Shown here: in pieces, positions 20,703-30,183 of the stretch
Numbering within the stretch: the stretch's first letter is position 1
How the letters are laid out: every line of letters starts with the position of its first letter
Assembly (NCBI GenBank): GCA_023475835.1
Contig: JAMCVM010000070.1
Location: 2,603 to 66,602 of the forward strand
Direction: 5' to 3'
From: Bacillota bacterium
GTDB taxonomy: Bacteria > Bacillota > Sulfobacillia > Sulfobacillales > Sulfobacillaceae
Length of the DNA stretch: 64,000 nucleotides
The notes under the pieces: model-generated
Told to the model about the DNA's origin: nothing
Seen by the model: the letters and a program-made list of their open reading frames with translations, nothing else
Databases searched by the model: none
Program-made: the position numbers and the translations under genes

Positions 20703-21545
20703 GTGGCTATCCGCAATGTCATTTCCACCTTAAACGGCCAAGGCGAAGAGATTATGGGGCCAAACGTCCTTTTGTACCATCATCCTGGCAATGACATTAT
20801 GAACGGGTCCTTGCTCACGGTTGAGTCCAACCATTTCTGTGTCCTAAAAAGCCGAGGGGCCATCTTAAATGTGTACGATACGGGGCAATATGCGGTGGAA
20901 ACGCCGCAAAAGGTATTGACCGGGGCCATCCAACAAGCGTTTTACGGCGGCCAGTCGCCTTGGCAATATGAGGCCATCTACATCAACCGCTCGAAACTGG
21001 TCATCCGGGCCGAAGGCCATGCGCTCTCGCGTGAGATGGCCCAGTTGCAGTACCAGGTTGATTATTACATTCACGTAGACAGCAAAGAGGATGCTTTAAA
21101 GTTGGTCCAACATATGCCCTACCAAGGGCACTTTATCAAAACGGACGAAGTAAACACCTATGCTGCTCCCGTTCTCGAGCAAGCCATTAATCAGATTTGT
21201 CAGGTGACTCCGTTGGAACAAATCAACGAAAAAATTCACGAGATTACCCAGTTGGTCACAGCCCACCTGCAGGAATTTCTTACTACGTACGGGATTACTC
21301 TCAATAACGTAAAGGTTCTGGTTTCTCCCGCTGACGATTTGATGAAAAAGCTGATTTCTCTACGCGCGTTCGGACTAGGCGAAGAACAAGCCGTGCGCTA
21401 CTATTTGGCTATGATCATGGCAGAACGCGGTCTAATGACGGCCCCGAATATGGCCAATGGCACTGGCTATAGTGTTCAAGCGGTGCCCGTGATGTCCCCT
21501 CCTGGCCTTGCCGGAATGTCTCAGCCGCAACCGAAAGTAGAGTAA
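20703..21545 (+). CDS. SPFH-like protein (YdjI / COG4260 'virion core protein-like' family)
   Basis: GTG start behind AAGGAGG. N-terminal pattern NGSLLTVESNHFCVLKSRGAILNVYDTGQYAVET is typical of this family, followed by a helical C-terminal part and a Pro-rich tail. Confidence 0.75.
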   Translation: MAIRNVISTLNGQGEEIMGPNVLLYHHPGNDIMNGSLLTVESNHFCVLKSRGAILNVYDTGQYAVETPQKVLTGAIQQAFYGGQSPWQYEAIYINRSKLVIRAEGHALSREMAQLQYQVDYYIHVDSKEDALKLVQHMPYQGHFIKTDEVNTYAAPVLEQAINQICQVTPLEQINEKIHEITQLVTAHLQEFLTTYGITLNNVKVLVSPADDLMKKLISLRAFGLGEEQAVRYYLAMIMAERGLMTAPNMANGTGYSVQAVPVMSPPGLAGMSQPQPKVE

Positions 21546-21550
21546 AGCGG

Positions 21551-22075
21551 TTGGAACTGACAGAGAAAATTCGAGTGGTAGCTGCCGCGGTGTTTTCGTC
21601 TGCCTCCACCGATCCTTATGCGACCGGCAGTTCCATGCGAGCTTTGGATAGTCTAATACGCAGCCGGGTCGCAGAAACCTTGGCCCACGCTGCCGCGGCG
21701 GTTCGAACCCAATATACCGATGCCCACCAGGCTTTGGGCCATCCGAGTCGGGAAAATCCGTTTGCTGACGCCGAAAAACTGCGCGATCTTGAGCAAATCA
21801 AGCGCCTCAGCGAACAGCTATCCAATTTGGGCTCACTAGTGTCGGCCTTGCCCGCCCCGGCCAACGATCGCGTGTGGCAACGGTTGCGCAAAAACCGCTC
21901 CTTGCTGGAGTTGCTGATTGAGTACGACTATACCTTAGTGGAACATGCCGCTAGCTTGGAGCGGCGCGTGCAGTCGGCTGACCTCTCTGATGGGCTCAAA
22001 GACATTTTGGCGATGTTAGATCCGATCAAACACCTATTGCGGGAACGATCGGATTTGTTAAGCGCCGTTCCCTAA
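21551..22075 (+). CDS. Hypothetical helical protein, co-oriented partner of the SPFH-like gene
   Basis: 174-aa ORF beginning 5 nt after the upstream stop. Helix-rich composition; the start codon is uncertain because the RBS is weak. Confidence 0.55.
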   Translation: MELTEKIRVVAAAVFSSASTDPYATGSSMRALDSLIRSRVAETLAHAAAAVRTQYTDAHQALGHPSRENPFADAEKLRDLEQIKRLSEQLSNLGSLVSALPAPANDRVWQRLRKNRSLLELLIEYDYTLVEHAASLERRVQSADLSDGLKDILAMLDPIKHLLRERSDLLSAVP

Positions 22076-22176
22076 TGGTCCCAATCTCTCGTTTTTCACC
22101 GACTTGCGCGCTTGACACTGCAGGAGACGACGCATCGCTGGTTCCCAAAACCTGGATTCGTTCCCGGTTCCGGGCT

Positions 22177-22326
22177 CTAAGCCTTCACTTTGGGCTGAGA
22201 GCCTTTTTTGACAAACGGCAATGGAAAGGGCAACATATTGTTCTCGTTCAAGTACTTCAGCAGGGGCATCGTCACAAAGAACATCGGCACTCCGGTAATA
22301 ATCAAAATATAGATGACTACTAACAC
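22177..22326 (-). CDS. Possible 49-aa single-pass membrane protein (below the ORF-track size cutoff)
   Basis: GGAGGG RBS lies 6 nt before the GTG at 22326. Translation: MLVVIYILIITGVPMFFVTMPLLKYLNENNMLPFPLPFVKKGSQPKVKA, ending at TAG 22177. It lies 197 nt downstream of the oxidase subunit IV gene. Confidence 0.4.
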   Translation of the reverse strand: MLVVIYILIITGVPMFFVTMPLLKYLNENNMLPFPLPFVKKGSQPKVKA

Positions 22327-22522
22327 GTTTTATCCCTCCATCCTGTCTGAGGCCATTGCCCACAAGGCCAAGCACCGAATCGGGGTTTTGGCTGAAGCGG
22401 CTCTTTAAGCCATCCTCTTGGCGCCGCCTCAGCATCGCCCTTTTTCGTCAAACCTTATTGCGTCCGGCCCCATCACGCGCACCACTCTTGCCCACTGCAC
22501 TGGCTACTAAGCCAAGGGCCGG

Positions 22523-22903
22523 TTAGGAAACTCCAGATTTAAAGAGCATAATCCAGATCGACATTCCCACCATGCCGAACGCAATCAAAAACACCAGATA
22601 CAACGGAATGATTTGCCAGGCCATTCCTCGACCCTCTTGGACGTGCATAAACACCCCTAATTGCAACGCCGCTTGCAATGCCGCTAAGGTTAAAATGATA
22701 ATTAGCAAGGCTAGGACTGGCAACACATGGTTCATGACCAGGAAATATGCGGCAAAGGTAAGCACTAAAGAACCGACGTAGCCAAATATTTGCACCGTCG
22801 GGAATGCTTCCGCATGAAATCGAGGACGGAGAAACTTGATGGATTTGTCGTTGTCCTGCTCGTACGCCTCATCGACTGTGATGCTCTGCTCAGATTCTGA
22901 CAT
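22523..22903 (-). CDS. qoxD: Quinol oxidase subunit IV
   Basis: 126 aa with three hydrophobic helices, in the last position of the oxidase operon. Confidence 0.85.
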   Translation of the reverse strand: MSESEQSITVDEAYEQDNDKSIKFLRPRFHAEAFPTVQIFGYVGSLVLTFAAYFLVMNHVLPVLALLIIILTLAALQAALQLGVFMHVQEGRGMAWQIIPLYLVFLIAFGMVGMSIWIMLFKSGVS

Positions 22904-22942
22904 TGGCTGACACCTCCTCTCGGCCCCGTCGGGTTAGTTTCC

Positions 22943-23560
22943 TCAACCCAGTTTGCCGTTTAGATATACAAAGGTGAAGATGAAAACCCAAACGATGTCT
23001 AAGAAGTGCCAATACAGGGAAAAGGTATAGATCTTGCGCGCGGTGCGCTCTGTAATCCCGTGTTTTTTCAATTGAAACAACAAGGTGACCGCCCAAAAGA
23101 TTCCGAACGTGACGTGAGCACCGTGGGTTCCGACTAAGATATCGAACGCGGACAAAAAGGCGCTGGTATGCCACGTAGCATGCAGTGCGGCAAAACTGAC
23201 AAAGTCATGAATTTCTGTGGTCACAAATCCAGCACCCAGCAAGATGGTCAAAAACGTCCAGGCCATGAGCGCTCGGACTTGTCCTTTGCGCATCGCATAG
23301 ATGCCGAGACCTATCGTAAAACTAGAGGTTAAGAGCAACAAGGTTTCGAGCAATACCGGACCCATCTTAAACAGTTGGTCCGCAGTCGGGCCGGCGGCTA
23401 CCGAATTGTGAAACACCGCATAGGTCGAAAATAGACTGGCGAAAATCAGCACATCGGTCACGAGAAACATCCAAAATCCTGTAATCTTCAGGCTTTCGTG
23501 CTCGTCAGCAAACTCTAGCGGCAGCTTTTGCGCGTGTTCATCCACCGAGGGAAGACTCAT
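22943..23560 (-). CDS. qoxC: Quinol oxidase subunit III
   Basis: 205 aa, heme-copper oxidase subunit III-like five-helix protein. 4-nt overlap with the subunit I stop. Confidence 0.9.
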   Translation of the reverse strand: MSLPSVDEHAQKLPLEFADEHESLKITGFWMFLVTDVLIFASLFSTYAVFHNSVAAGPTADQLFKMGPVLLETLLLLTSSFTIGLGIYAMRKGQVRALMAWTFLTILLGAGFVTTEIHDFVSFAALHATWHTSAFLSAFDILVGTHGAHVTFGIFWAVTLLFQLKKHGITERTARKIYTFSLYWHFLDIVWVFIFTFVYLNGKLG

Positions 23561-25533
23561 CCTTGCAACCTCCCTAATGTTGCCTCAGTTTGCCGAATCG
23601 CGTCGGCTTTCAGATGATGATGATCGTTATAGTCAAATCCCGAAAACAACAGGCAAAGAATGATGCCGACAAACCCGATGATTGCAATCGGCCACCAAGC
23701 GAACGTCATGCCGAACCCGAGTACGAAGAACGATGCCCCGAGCAAAAAGGGAATCGGACTATTTTTGGGCATCTCCACATCATGCACATCCTCCGGTCGT
23801 AAATCGGCCAGCGACTGCCCCTTTTGTTTCATCGCCCACCAAGCGTCCCGATCGTGCACCACCGGAATGCGAGGAAAATTGTATTCGGGCACCGGTGACG
23901 GCAACGACCACTCTAAGGTGCGGCCATCCCACGGATCTCCGGTAAGATCGCGTTCACCGTATAAGAGGCTCCATACAATGTTGTAGACCAAGACGACGAA
24001 TGCCGCCCCCATAATGAACGCTCCAAACGTCGAAATCACGTTCAGATCATGCCATCCAAACCCGAGCGGATACGTGTACATCCTCCGCGTCATACCCTTC
24101 AGCCCCAACAAGTACTGAGGCAGAAAGGTCACCCAGAAACCGATCAAAAACAGCCAGAACGCCCACTTGCCCTGGGTCTCGTTCAGCTTCATGCCAAACA
24201 TTTTGGGCCACCAATAGTACAAGCCCGATAGGAGACCGAAGAGGGTGCCGCCAATCAGCACGTTATGAAAATGGGCCACCAGAAAGTAGGAATTGTGCAA
24301 CTGATAATCGGCGGGGACCACCGCCAAAAGAATTCCTGTCGCACCTCCGACCATAAACACCGGAATAAAGGCCATTTGATACAACATGGCCGTCGTGGTC
24401 TGAATGCGGCCACCCCACATAGTAAAGATCCAGTTGAATATCTTCACACCGGTGGGAATCGCGATCAGCATGGTCGACAATCCAAAGAAGGCATTCACTG
24501 CCGGACCTGCGCCCATGGTGAAGAAATGGTGCACCCAGGTGCCATAGGCCAAAAACATAATCGCGACGATCGATGCCACCATGACCGGATAGCCGAACAG
24601 CATTTTTTTCGAGAACGTCGCCACCACTTCGGAAAAGACTCCAAACAAAGGAATGATTAAGATATACACTTCAGGATGGCCAAACAGCCAGAACAGATTG
24701 ACGTACATCATGGGCATCCCACCGCGGGCCAGGGTGAAGAAGTGAGATCCAAACAGCCTATCAAACAGGCTCATCGCCAAGGCCACGGTCAACGGCGGGA
24801 AGGCGAAGAGAATTAGGGCCGAGGTCACCATCGTAGACCATACGAACATCGGCATCTTCATCAACGACATCCCCGGTGCTCGCATCTTCAGCGTGGTCAC
24901 CAAGAAATTAATCCCCGTCATGGTAGTACCCATGCCGGCGATGATCAGGGCTAAGAAGTAGTAATTCTCACCTGGACCTGGATTAAACGCAAGGCCGGTG
25001 TACGGAGGATACGCTGTCCAACCGGCATTGGGCGAACCTCCAATGACGAAAGAAATATTGAACAGAATCGCTCCGAAAGCAAACAGCCAATAACTCATGG
25101 CATTCAAGCGGGGAAAGGCCACGTCGCGTGCGCCAATCATTAAGGGAACGACCGCATTAAACAAGGCGAAGATAAATGGCATCCCCATGAAAAACACCAT
25201 GATGGTACCGTGAGTGGTGAAGACTTCGTCATACTGGGAGGCGGGCATAAAATGCGTAGTCGGCAACGCCAACTGCGCTCTTAGCATCAAGGCATCGATG
25301 CCACCGCGCATTAACATCACCAAGGCTGCAATGAGATACAAAATCGCAATCTTTTTGTGGTCGACGGTGGTTAGCCAATCATTCCACAACCAGCCCCAGC
25401 GCCGAGTCTTAGTTAAAAGGACAATAACCCCAATGCCGGCACAAATCAGTCCGAAATCAATTAATAGGATGTCCGGCAGGCGCACCGTAGGTGGAAAGAG
25501 CGTATGAACAAGATAGGGAACAAACGAAGGCAT
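23557..25533 (-). CDS. qoxB: Quinol oxidase subunit I (heme-copper oxidase catalytic subunit)
   Basis: LFWLFGHPEVYILIIP, WVHHFFTMG and VAHFHNVLIGG motifs. The ATG at 25533 follows AAAGGTGGA. Confidence 0.95.
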   Translation of the reverse strand: MPSFVPYLVHTLFPPTVRLPDILLIDFGLICAGIGVIVLLTKTRRWGWLWNDWLTTVDHKKIAILYLIAALVMLMRGGIDALMLRAQLALPTTHFMPASQYDEVFTTHGTIMVFFMGMPFIFALFNAVVPLMIGARDVAFPRLNAMSYWLFAFGAILFNISFVIGGSPNAGWTAYPPYTGLAFNPGPGENYYFLALIIAGMGTTMTGINFLVTTLKMRAPGMSLMKMPMFVWSTMVTSALILFAFPPLTVALAMSLFDRLFGSHFFTLARGGMPMMYVNLFWLFGHPEVYILIIPLFGVFSEVVATFSKKMLFGYPVMVASIVAIMFLAYGTWVHHFFTMGAGPAVNAFFGLSTMLIAIPTGVKIFNWIFTMWGGRIQTTTAMLYQMAFIPVFMVGGATGILLAVVPADYQLHNSYFLVAHFHNVLIGGTLFGLLSGLYYWWPKMFGMKLNETQGKWAFWLFLIGFWVTFLPQYLLGLKGMTRRMYTYPLGFGWHDLNVISTFGAFIMGAAFVVLVYNIVWSLLYGERDLTGDPWDGRTLEWSLPSPVPEYNFPRIPVVHDRDAWWAMKQKGQSLADLRPEDVHDVEMPKNSPIPFLLGASFFVLGFGMTFAWWPIAIIGFVGIILCLLFSGFDYNDHHHLKADAIRQTEATLGRLQG

Positions 25534-25582
25534 TCTGAATCCACCTTTCAATATAGCAAGATGAGTGACAACAAAGCGAACC

Positions 25583-26509
25583 CTAGCTTCCTACCATCGG
25601 CAGATAGCTAATGCCCTTCTTATCATGCTGAACCATATACATGCCGCTTCCGGTGAGACTAAAGCCACTGGCCAGCGTAGGAAACGTATCGGCAGGGTAA
25701 TTCCCGTAGGTGGAGTCGCCCACAGTGGTTTGTTTCAACAACCGATCGTAAGCTGCCATCGTCATAGGATGTGCACTGGCGGTTTTTGCCGTCCACGTCT
25801 GAAAAGATTTTTGCGACACCGCCTTCACATTGAAGAACATCTTTTCAAATCCTACGCCAGAAAACTGCCCGCTGTGCCCCCAATAGGTTCCGGCTTTGTC
25901 CGCCTCCAACCACAACGGCAGCACGCGGTTCGGCATGGTATACTCCATCCCCCCCAACTGCGGTACCCAAAAGGTATTCATGGGAGAATCCGCCGTGAGT
26001 TCGAACAACACCGGTCGATTCGCCGGAATGACCGCGTAGTTTACCGTCGCAATATGCTGCTTGGGATACTCAAACAGCCACTTCCAGGTAAGCGAGGTAA
26101 CGTCGATCACCACCGGCTTCTTCCCTTTGGGCAAATGGGCCAAGGAAAATGTGGTCTTGACCGTCGGAATGGCAATAAAGAGCAACAAAATGGCAGGCAA
26201 AATCCATACCGATACCTCCAAGAGGGTATGACTATGCCAATTGGGGGTATAGGGCGCCCTATTTCCCGCCGTATCTCGAAAACGCACGATGGCATAGAAA
26301 AATAGTGCCAATACTACCACCGCAACGATAGCCATCAACTCTAATGCAAAGACGAACACATGCAATTCGCTTTTCGCCACCGGTCCTGCGGGATGCAACA
26401 GCACGTATTTCGGTCCGAAGCTAAAGCCTGCGCTTAAGAGCCCAGCCCCGACCGCCAAGGCGGCCAGCACCAGCTTGCGATACGATTCCATCAATCGCTG
26501 TGCAAACAT
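25583..26509 (-). CDS. qoxA: Quinol oxidase subunit II (no CuA site)
   Basis: The cupredoxin domain reads TYWGHSGQFSGVGFEKMFF where cytochrome c oxidases have the C..C..H..M CuA ligands. It aligns by eye with CyoA ([20 protein letters not shown]). Confidence 0.9.
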   Translation of the reverse strand: MFAQRLMESYRKLVLAALAVGAGLLSAGFSFGPKYVLLHPAGPVAKSELHVFVFALELMAIVAVVVLALFFYAIVRFRDTAGNRAPYTPNWHSHTLLEVSVWILPAILLLFIAIPTVKTTFSLAHLPKGKKPVVIDVTSLTWKWLFEYPKQHIATVNYAVIPANRPVLFELTADSPMNTFWVPQLGGMEYTMPNRVLPLWLEADKAGTYWGHSGQFSGVGFEKMFFNVKAVSQKSFQTWTAKTASAHPMTMAAYDRLLKQTTVGDSTYGNYPADTFPTLASGFSLTGSGMYMVQHDKKGISYLPMVGS

Positions 26510-27393
26510 CGAAAACCACCTCTGCCCAAGATTCTCAACACCGAAAAGTCTCAGCGTATGCTATAAGTTCGCGGGGCCTCTCGAATTGGCAAGACTGATA
26601 ATCCAACGTGAAAGATTACCCTGTCTTAGGAATGGTTAGTCACGGCTACATTAATCAAACCGAAGTATAGCAAGGATGAAACCCGGGGTCAATTGATGCC
26701 ATGCCTGTTTATACCCCTCGACCCTAACTCCCAAAAACAATTTACGCCAAATGTTCTGCACGTTTATTGTTTGATCGGTTTGGCGATTGATCCCGCCTAC
26801 ATCACGCACCTGGCGTGATTCAAAATGACTCGGAGGCACGCGGGGAGAAATACTACGAACATCGGTTCGGTTCTCGTCGGTGTGGTTCTCACAAGAATTC
26901 TTGCGACTCAGACCCAATTCCTGGCTTCAGTGGGAGCAGCAGCCGCCGAGTCTAGCCTCTTCCTTCAGTTGCCAAGCGAAGTGACCACGGTTCGGTGAAG
27001 TGCCCGCAGAAGAGTACGGCCTGCCTAATTCAAAGAACGGAGCGAGACCGAAGCTTTTGGATAGCTTCGCAACCCGAACGTTTGAGGCCAACAGCATAGC
27101 AAGGAAATATTCGACCATTAAAAATATAAAAAGGAGCACTAGGCCTCGTTCCCACTCTCCAAATAAATCATGTGCCTAAGGCCTTTCGCACTTTTACCTT
27201 GATCATGGTTCAGGCGGGGTCAAGGTTGGAGAAACTCCTATGGCCTTGACATGGGACATTCAGGACTAAATTGTACGCCCCGGACGGCACTGTAAACTCC
27301 GTGTTCCTCTGAAAATTTGAAGCCGCCGTCGATGGCAGTTGACTCCTTTTGACGACGCCGAAGAACTCAGCGTCAATGGCAGGCCTGGCCGCC

Positions 27394-28539
27394 CTAGCCC
27401 AGGGGGGTCCGGGAGACGCGCCGAGATCTGAACGCCCACGCAGTGTGATCGCCTGGGCTCGGTGCCTTTGGCGCCTGGGCCGCGAGACGGTAGTGTACTT
27501 TCCAAAGATAGTACGTAGTCTTAGCGTCCCAATTAATGTCAAAAGGCACGTGATAGCGGTCCGATGAATGGGCGTCGACCAAGGGATACCCGTGAGCGTC
27601 GAAGCCGACCACAATCCCGCTGTGCTGCATCCGACCATGGCGAAAATTGGTGATCAGGTCTCCGACTTGTAGTGCGTCCAGGGGGCCTTGGGGATACTTT
27701 TGCGATGGCATTAGCATTTGTTCAAAGTCCCCTTTCGCCAGGAGCGAAGCGCGACCGCTCATGCTTAAATACCGGGTGAAACTCCCCGCATTCGACCACG
27801 CCTCGGTGCCTAACTTGGTTTGGGGATTATACCGCCACTCGGCAGTCTCAGCAAACCCGGCGGCGTGCAGGACTTGGGAAACAAAGGCAGTACAATCGCC
27901 GCCAGCATCGTTGTAATCATTATAGGTGGAGTTGTATTGTTTGCCATTGCCGCATTGCGGAGCGGCCCCGCAAAACTGGTCGGCATAAGCCTGAGCGGTT
28001 ATGCGGGGTAGCGACAATTCCACCGGATGGTGGCCACGAACCACACCAGGTTGGATGGTGCGCCAGTCGGCGGGAGGAAAACAGTCATCGTTGGCAATCC
28101 GCCAGGCGCCAGAGGCAAGTCGTTGTAAATCGTACTGGTGATGCACACCCAGTCCAAATCGGTAGCGCTGGGACGGATCATCAGCGTAGGAGTACAAAAA
28201 CTCCTCACCAACCCGCGCTTTAATCGCAGCCGATCCCTCCCAGGCCTTTAAGTGATCGATATGGATGCGCACAGCGACACCCCTGAAAGTAATCCCCCGC
28301 GCCTTAGCCCAACTTCGAAAGTAGAGACTTCTTCTCCAAGCTACGCGAGCGCTAGTCGCATCCGAAGAAAGAAACACCCGACTCAGTTGGAGGCGATTTC
28401 CTGCCACCATCGCCTCGTCTTCTCTGGTGACCAGGCGGGTCAAAATAACAGGGTAATTCGTATTAGACGCAGGCGGGGTCATGACTGGACCCAAGACCAT
28501 CGCAGCCCTTAAGCCGAAGAATAGTGGATTCATAATCAC
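27394..28539 (-). CDS. Secreted putative amidase-domain protein (NlpC/P60-like Cys-His fold)
   Basis: Hydrophobic N-terminus, catalytic-Cys context GGDCTAFVSQVLHAAGF and MQHSGIVVG His context. The last ~35 aa look non-protein-like. Confidence 0.7.
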   Translation of the reverse strand: MIMNPLFFGLRAAMVLGPVMTPPASNTNYPVILTRLVTREDEAMVAGNRLQLSRVFLSSDATSARVAWRRSLYFRSWAKARGITFRGVAVRIHIDHLKAWEGSAAIKARVGEEFLYSYADDPSQRYRFGLGVHHQYDLQRLASGAWRIANDDCFPPADWRTIQPGVVRGHHPVELSLPRITAQAYADQFCGAAPQCGNGKQYNSTYNDYNDAGGDCTAFVSQVLHAAGFAETAEWRYNPQTKLGTEAWSNAGSFTRYLSMSGRASLLAKGDFEQMLMPSQKYPQGPLDALQVGDLITNFRHGRMQHSGIVVGFDAHGYPLVDAHSSDRYHVPFDINWDAKTTYYLWKVHYRLAAQAPKAPSPGDHTAWAFRSRRVSRTPLG

Positions 28540-28571
28540 AGTATGAGGGGGCGGGAATCGTTTTATGCGGC

Positions 28572-28616
28572 AAAGATAAAGCGGGCGAGGACTGTAACGA
28601 GACCCCCCGCCCGCTT
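28572..28616 (-). terminator. Rho-independent terminator after the peroxiredoxin pair
   Basis: 9-bp stem AAGCGGGCG/CGCCCGCTT (28579-28587 / 28608-28616) followed on the minus strand by TTTATCTTTG. Confidence 0.6.
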
Positions 28617-28634
28617 CTCTTAGTCACCATAATC

Positions 28635-29165
28635 TTAGAGCAATTTTTCTCCAGGCTTCCAGTTCACCGGACAAAGTCCCCCGGCCTGAAGCGCCTCTAG
28701 GACGCGAACGATTTCGTCTACGGAGCGGCCGACGTTAAGGTTGTGCACGACCTCGTATTGCACGACGCCTTCCGGGTCGATGATGAAAAGCCCGCGATAC
28801 GCGGCACCTTCTTCAGGCAAATAGACCTGGTAGGCCTGAGACACCTCGTGACCACCGTCGCTAGCCAGGGGATAACGAACCGCACCGAGCCCACCTTGAT
28901 CAGGGTCTGCATTCCGCCATGCCCGATGCACGTGGCAACTGTCGGTGGAGACGCCTAAGATCTCTGCCCCGCGATTTTTAAAGTCGTCGTACGCCTCAGA
29001 CAACGCAATGATTTCTGTTGGGCAGACAAACGTGAAATCATGCGGGTAAAAGTAAAAGATCAACCACTTCCCATGGTAGTCCTGCAAACTCACCTCCGTG
29101 TCCTTGCCTTCGTGATCGACCGCTGGCATGTTAAACGCAGGTGCCGCTTTTCCAACTAAAGCCAT
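28635..29165 (-). CDS. Typical 2-Cys peroxiredoxin (AhpC/Prx1 type)
   Basis: Peroxidatic FTFVCPTEI and resolving GGLCPVNWKPG motifs. The ATG at 29165 follows GAGAGGAG. Confidence 0.9.
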   Translation of the reverse strand: MALVGKAAPAFNMPAVDHEGKDTEVSLQDYHGKWLIFYFYPHDFTFVCPTEIIALSEAYDDFKNRGAEILGVSTDSCHVHRAWRNADPDQGGLGAVRYPLASDGGHEVSQAYQVYLPEEGAAYRGLFIIDPEGVVQYEVVHNLNVGRSVDEIVRVLEALQAGGLCPVNWKPGEKLL

Positions 29166-29212
29166 ATTTTTAACTCCTCTCTCTTCGCCCAATCCCGAAC
29201 CTCTTTGTGGCT

Positions 29213-29881
29213 CTATTTCCCGCTATCTACCTGTTTCATCCGCAGGTACCAGGTGCGATAGGTGAGGCCTTGGGCTTCTGCCTGTGCTTCGTCTAAAACG
29301 GATTCTGCCGTCGCTGGTGCAGGTACCACCACGGGTTGTCCGGGTTGCCAGTCGACGGGAGTCGAGACTGAGTAGAGACTGGACGTTTGCAATCCGTCAA
29401 ACACTCGCAACAGTTCGTCCACATTACGACCAAGACTCAGCGGGTAGTAAATCAGCGCTCGAATGATTCCCTTGTCGTCAATGAAAAAGACCGAGCGTAC
29501 GGTCGCCGTAGTCGATTCACCCGGATGCAACATGCCGTACAGATTGGAAACCTTCATGTCTAGGTCAGAGATAATTGGAAATGGCACCGGCTTGCCGGCG
29601 ATTTTGGCAATATCTCGGGTCCAGGCGATGTGCGAGGGGACACCGTCTACCGACAAGCCAATCAGTTGCACATTTCGTTTAGCAAATTCTTCGTTGCGGC
29701 GGGCAAACTCGGCAATTTCGGTGGTGCACACCGGGGTAAAATCCGCGGGGTGAGAGAAAAGCATCACCCATTTTCCCCGATACTGAGACAATTTAATTGG
29801 GCCATGCGTGGAATTCGCCGAAAACTCTGGGGCGGGCTCGTTAATCCGAGGCAACCCGTTGGCGGTGCTAGAGACATCCAT
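29213..29881 (-). CDS. Prx6-type (1-Cys-like) peroxiredoxin
   Basis: HPADFTPVCTTEI motif with a long C-terminal extension typical of the Prx6 subfamily. Confidence 0.9.
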   Translation of the reverse strand: MDVSSTANGLPRINEPAPEFSANSTHGPIKLSQYRGKWVMLFSHPADFTPVCTTEIAEFARRNEEFAKRNVQLIGLSVDGVPSHIAWTRDIAKIAGKPVPFPIISDLDMKVSNLYGMLHPGESTTATVRSVFFIDDKGIIRALIYYPLSLGRNVDELLRVFDGLQTSSLYSVSTPVDWQPGQPVVVPAPATAESVLDEAQAEAQGLTYRTWYLRMKQVDSGK

Positions 29882-30183
29882 CCGTAGAACACTCCTTCAA
29901 AATTTAGTGTTGACACACGCTCTATCGTCCACTCTGTTCAACCTCGAAGCGAAGACATTCTTGCCACCTATGTTTCCCTACCATCGATAGTATAGTACAG
30001 ATAGGGGCTTTCGTCCCTATTGGGTCGTGCTGTTCGGCCCCGCGTATTTGCGAGGCGCCCTAAGTTGGAAGCCGTGGGCTGCCATTTTCGTTACCGGAGG
30101 CCATCGGAGATTGGCTGATTTCAGCCCGCAACTGACGCCAAGTCCGCATCGCACCCGAAGGAACTGAACCAGACCTCCCCGAC

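Noticed and set aside
26927-27139. 70-aa minus-strand ORF ending in GGCCSH
   Set aside because: No RBS and no supporting neighbour. It lies in a region that looks like decayed DNA.
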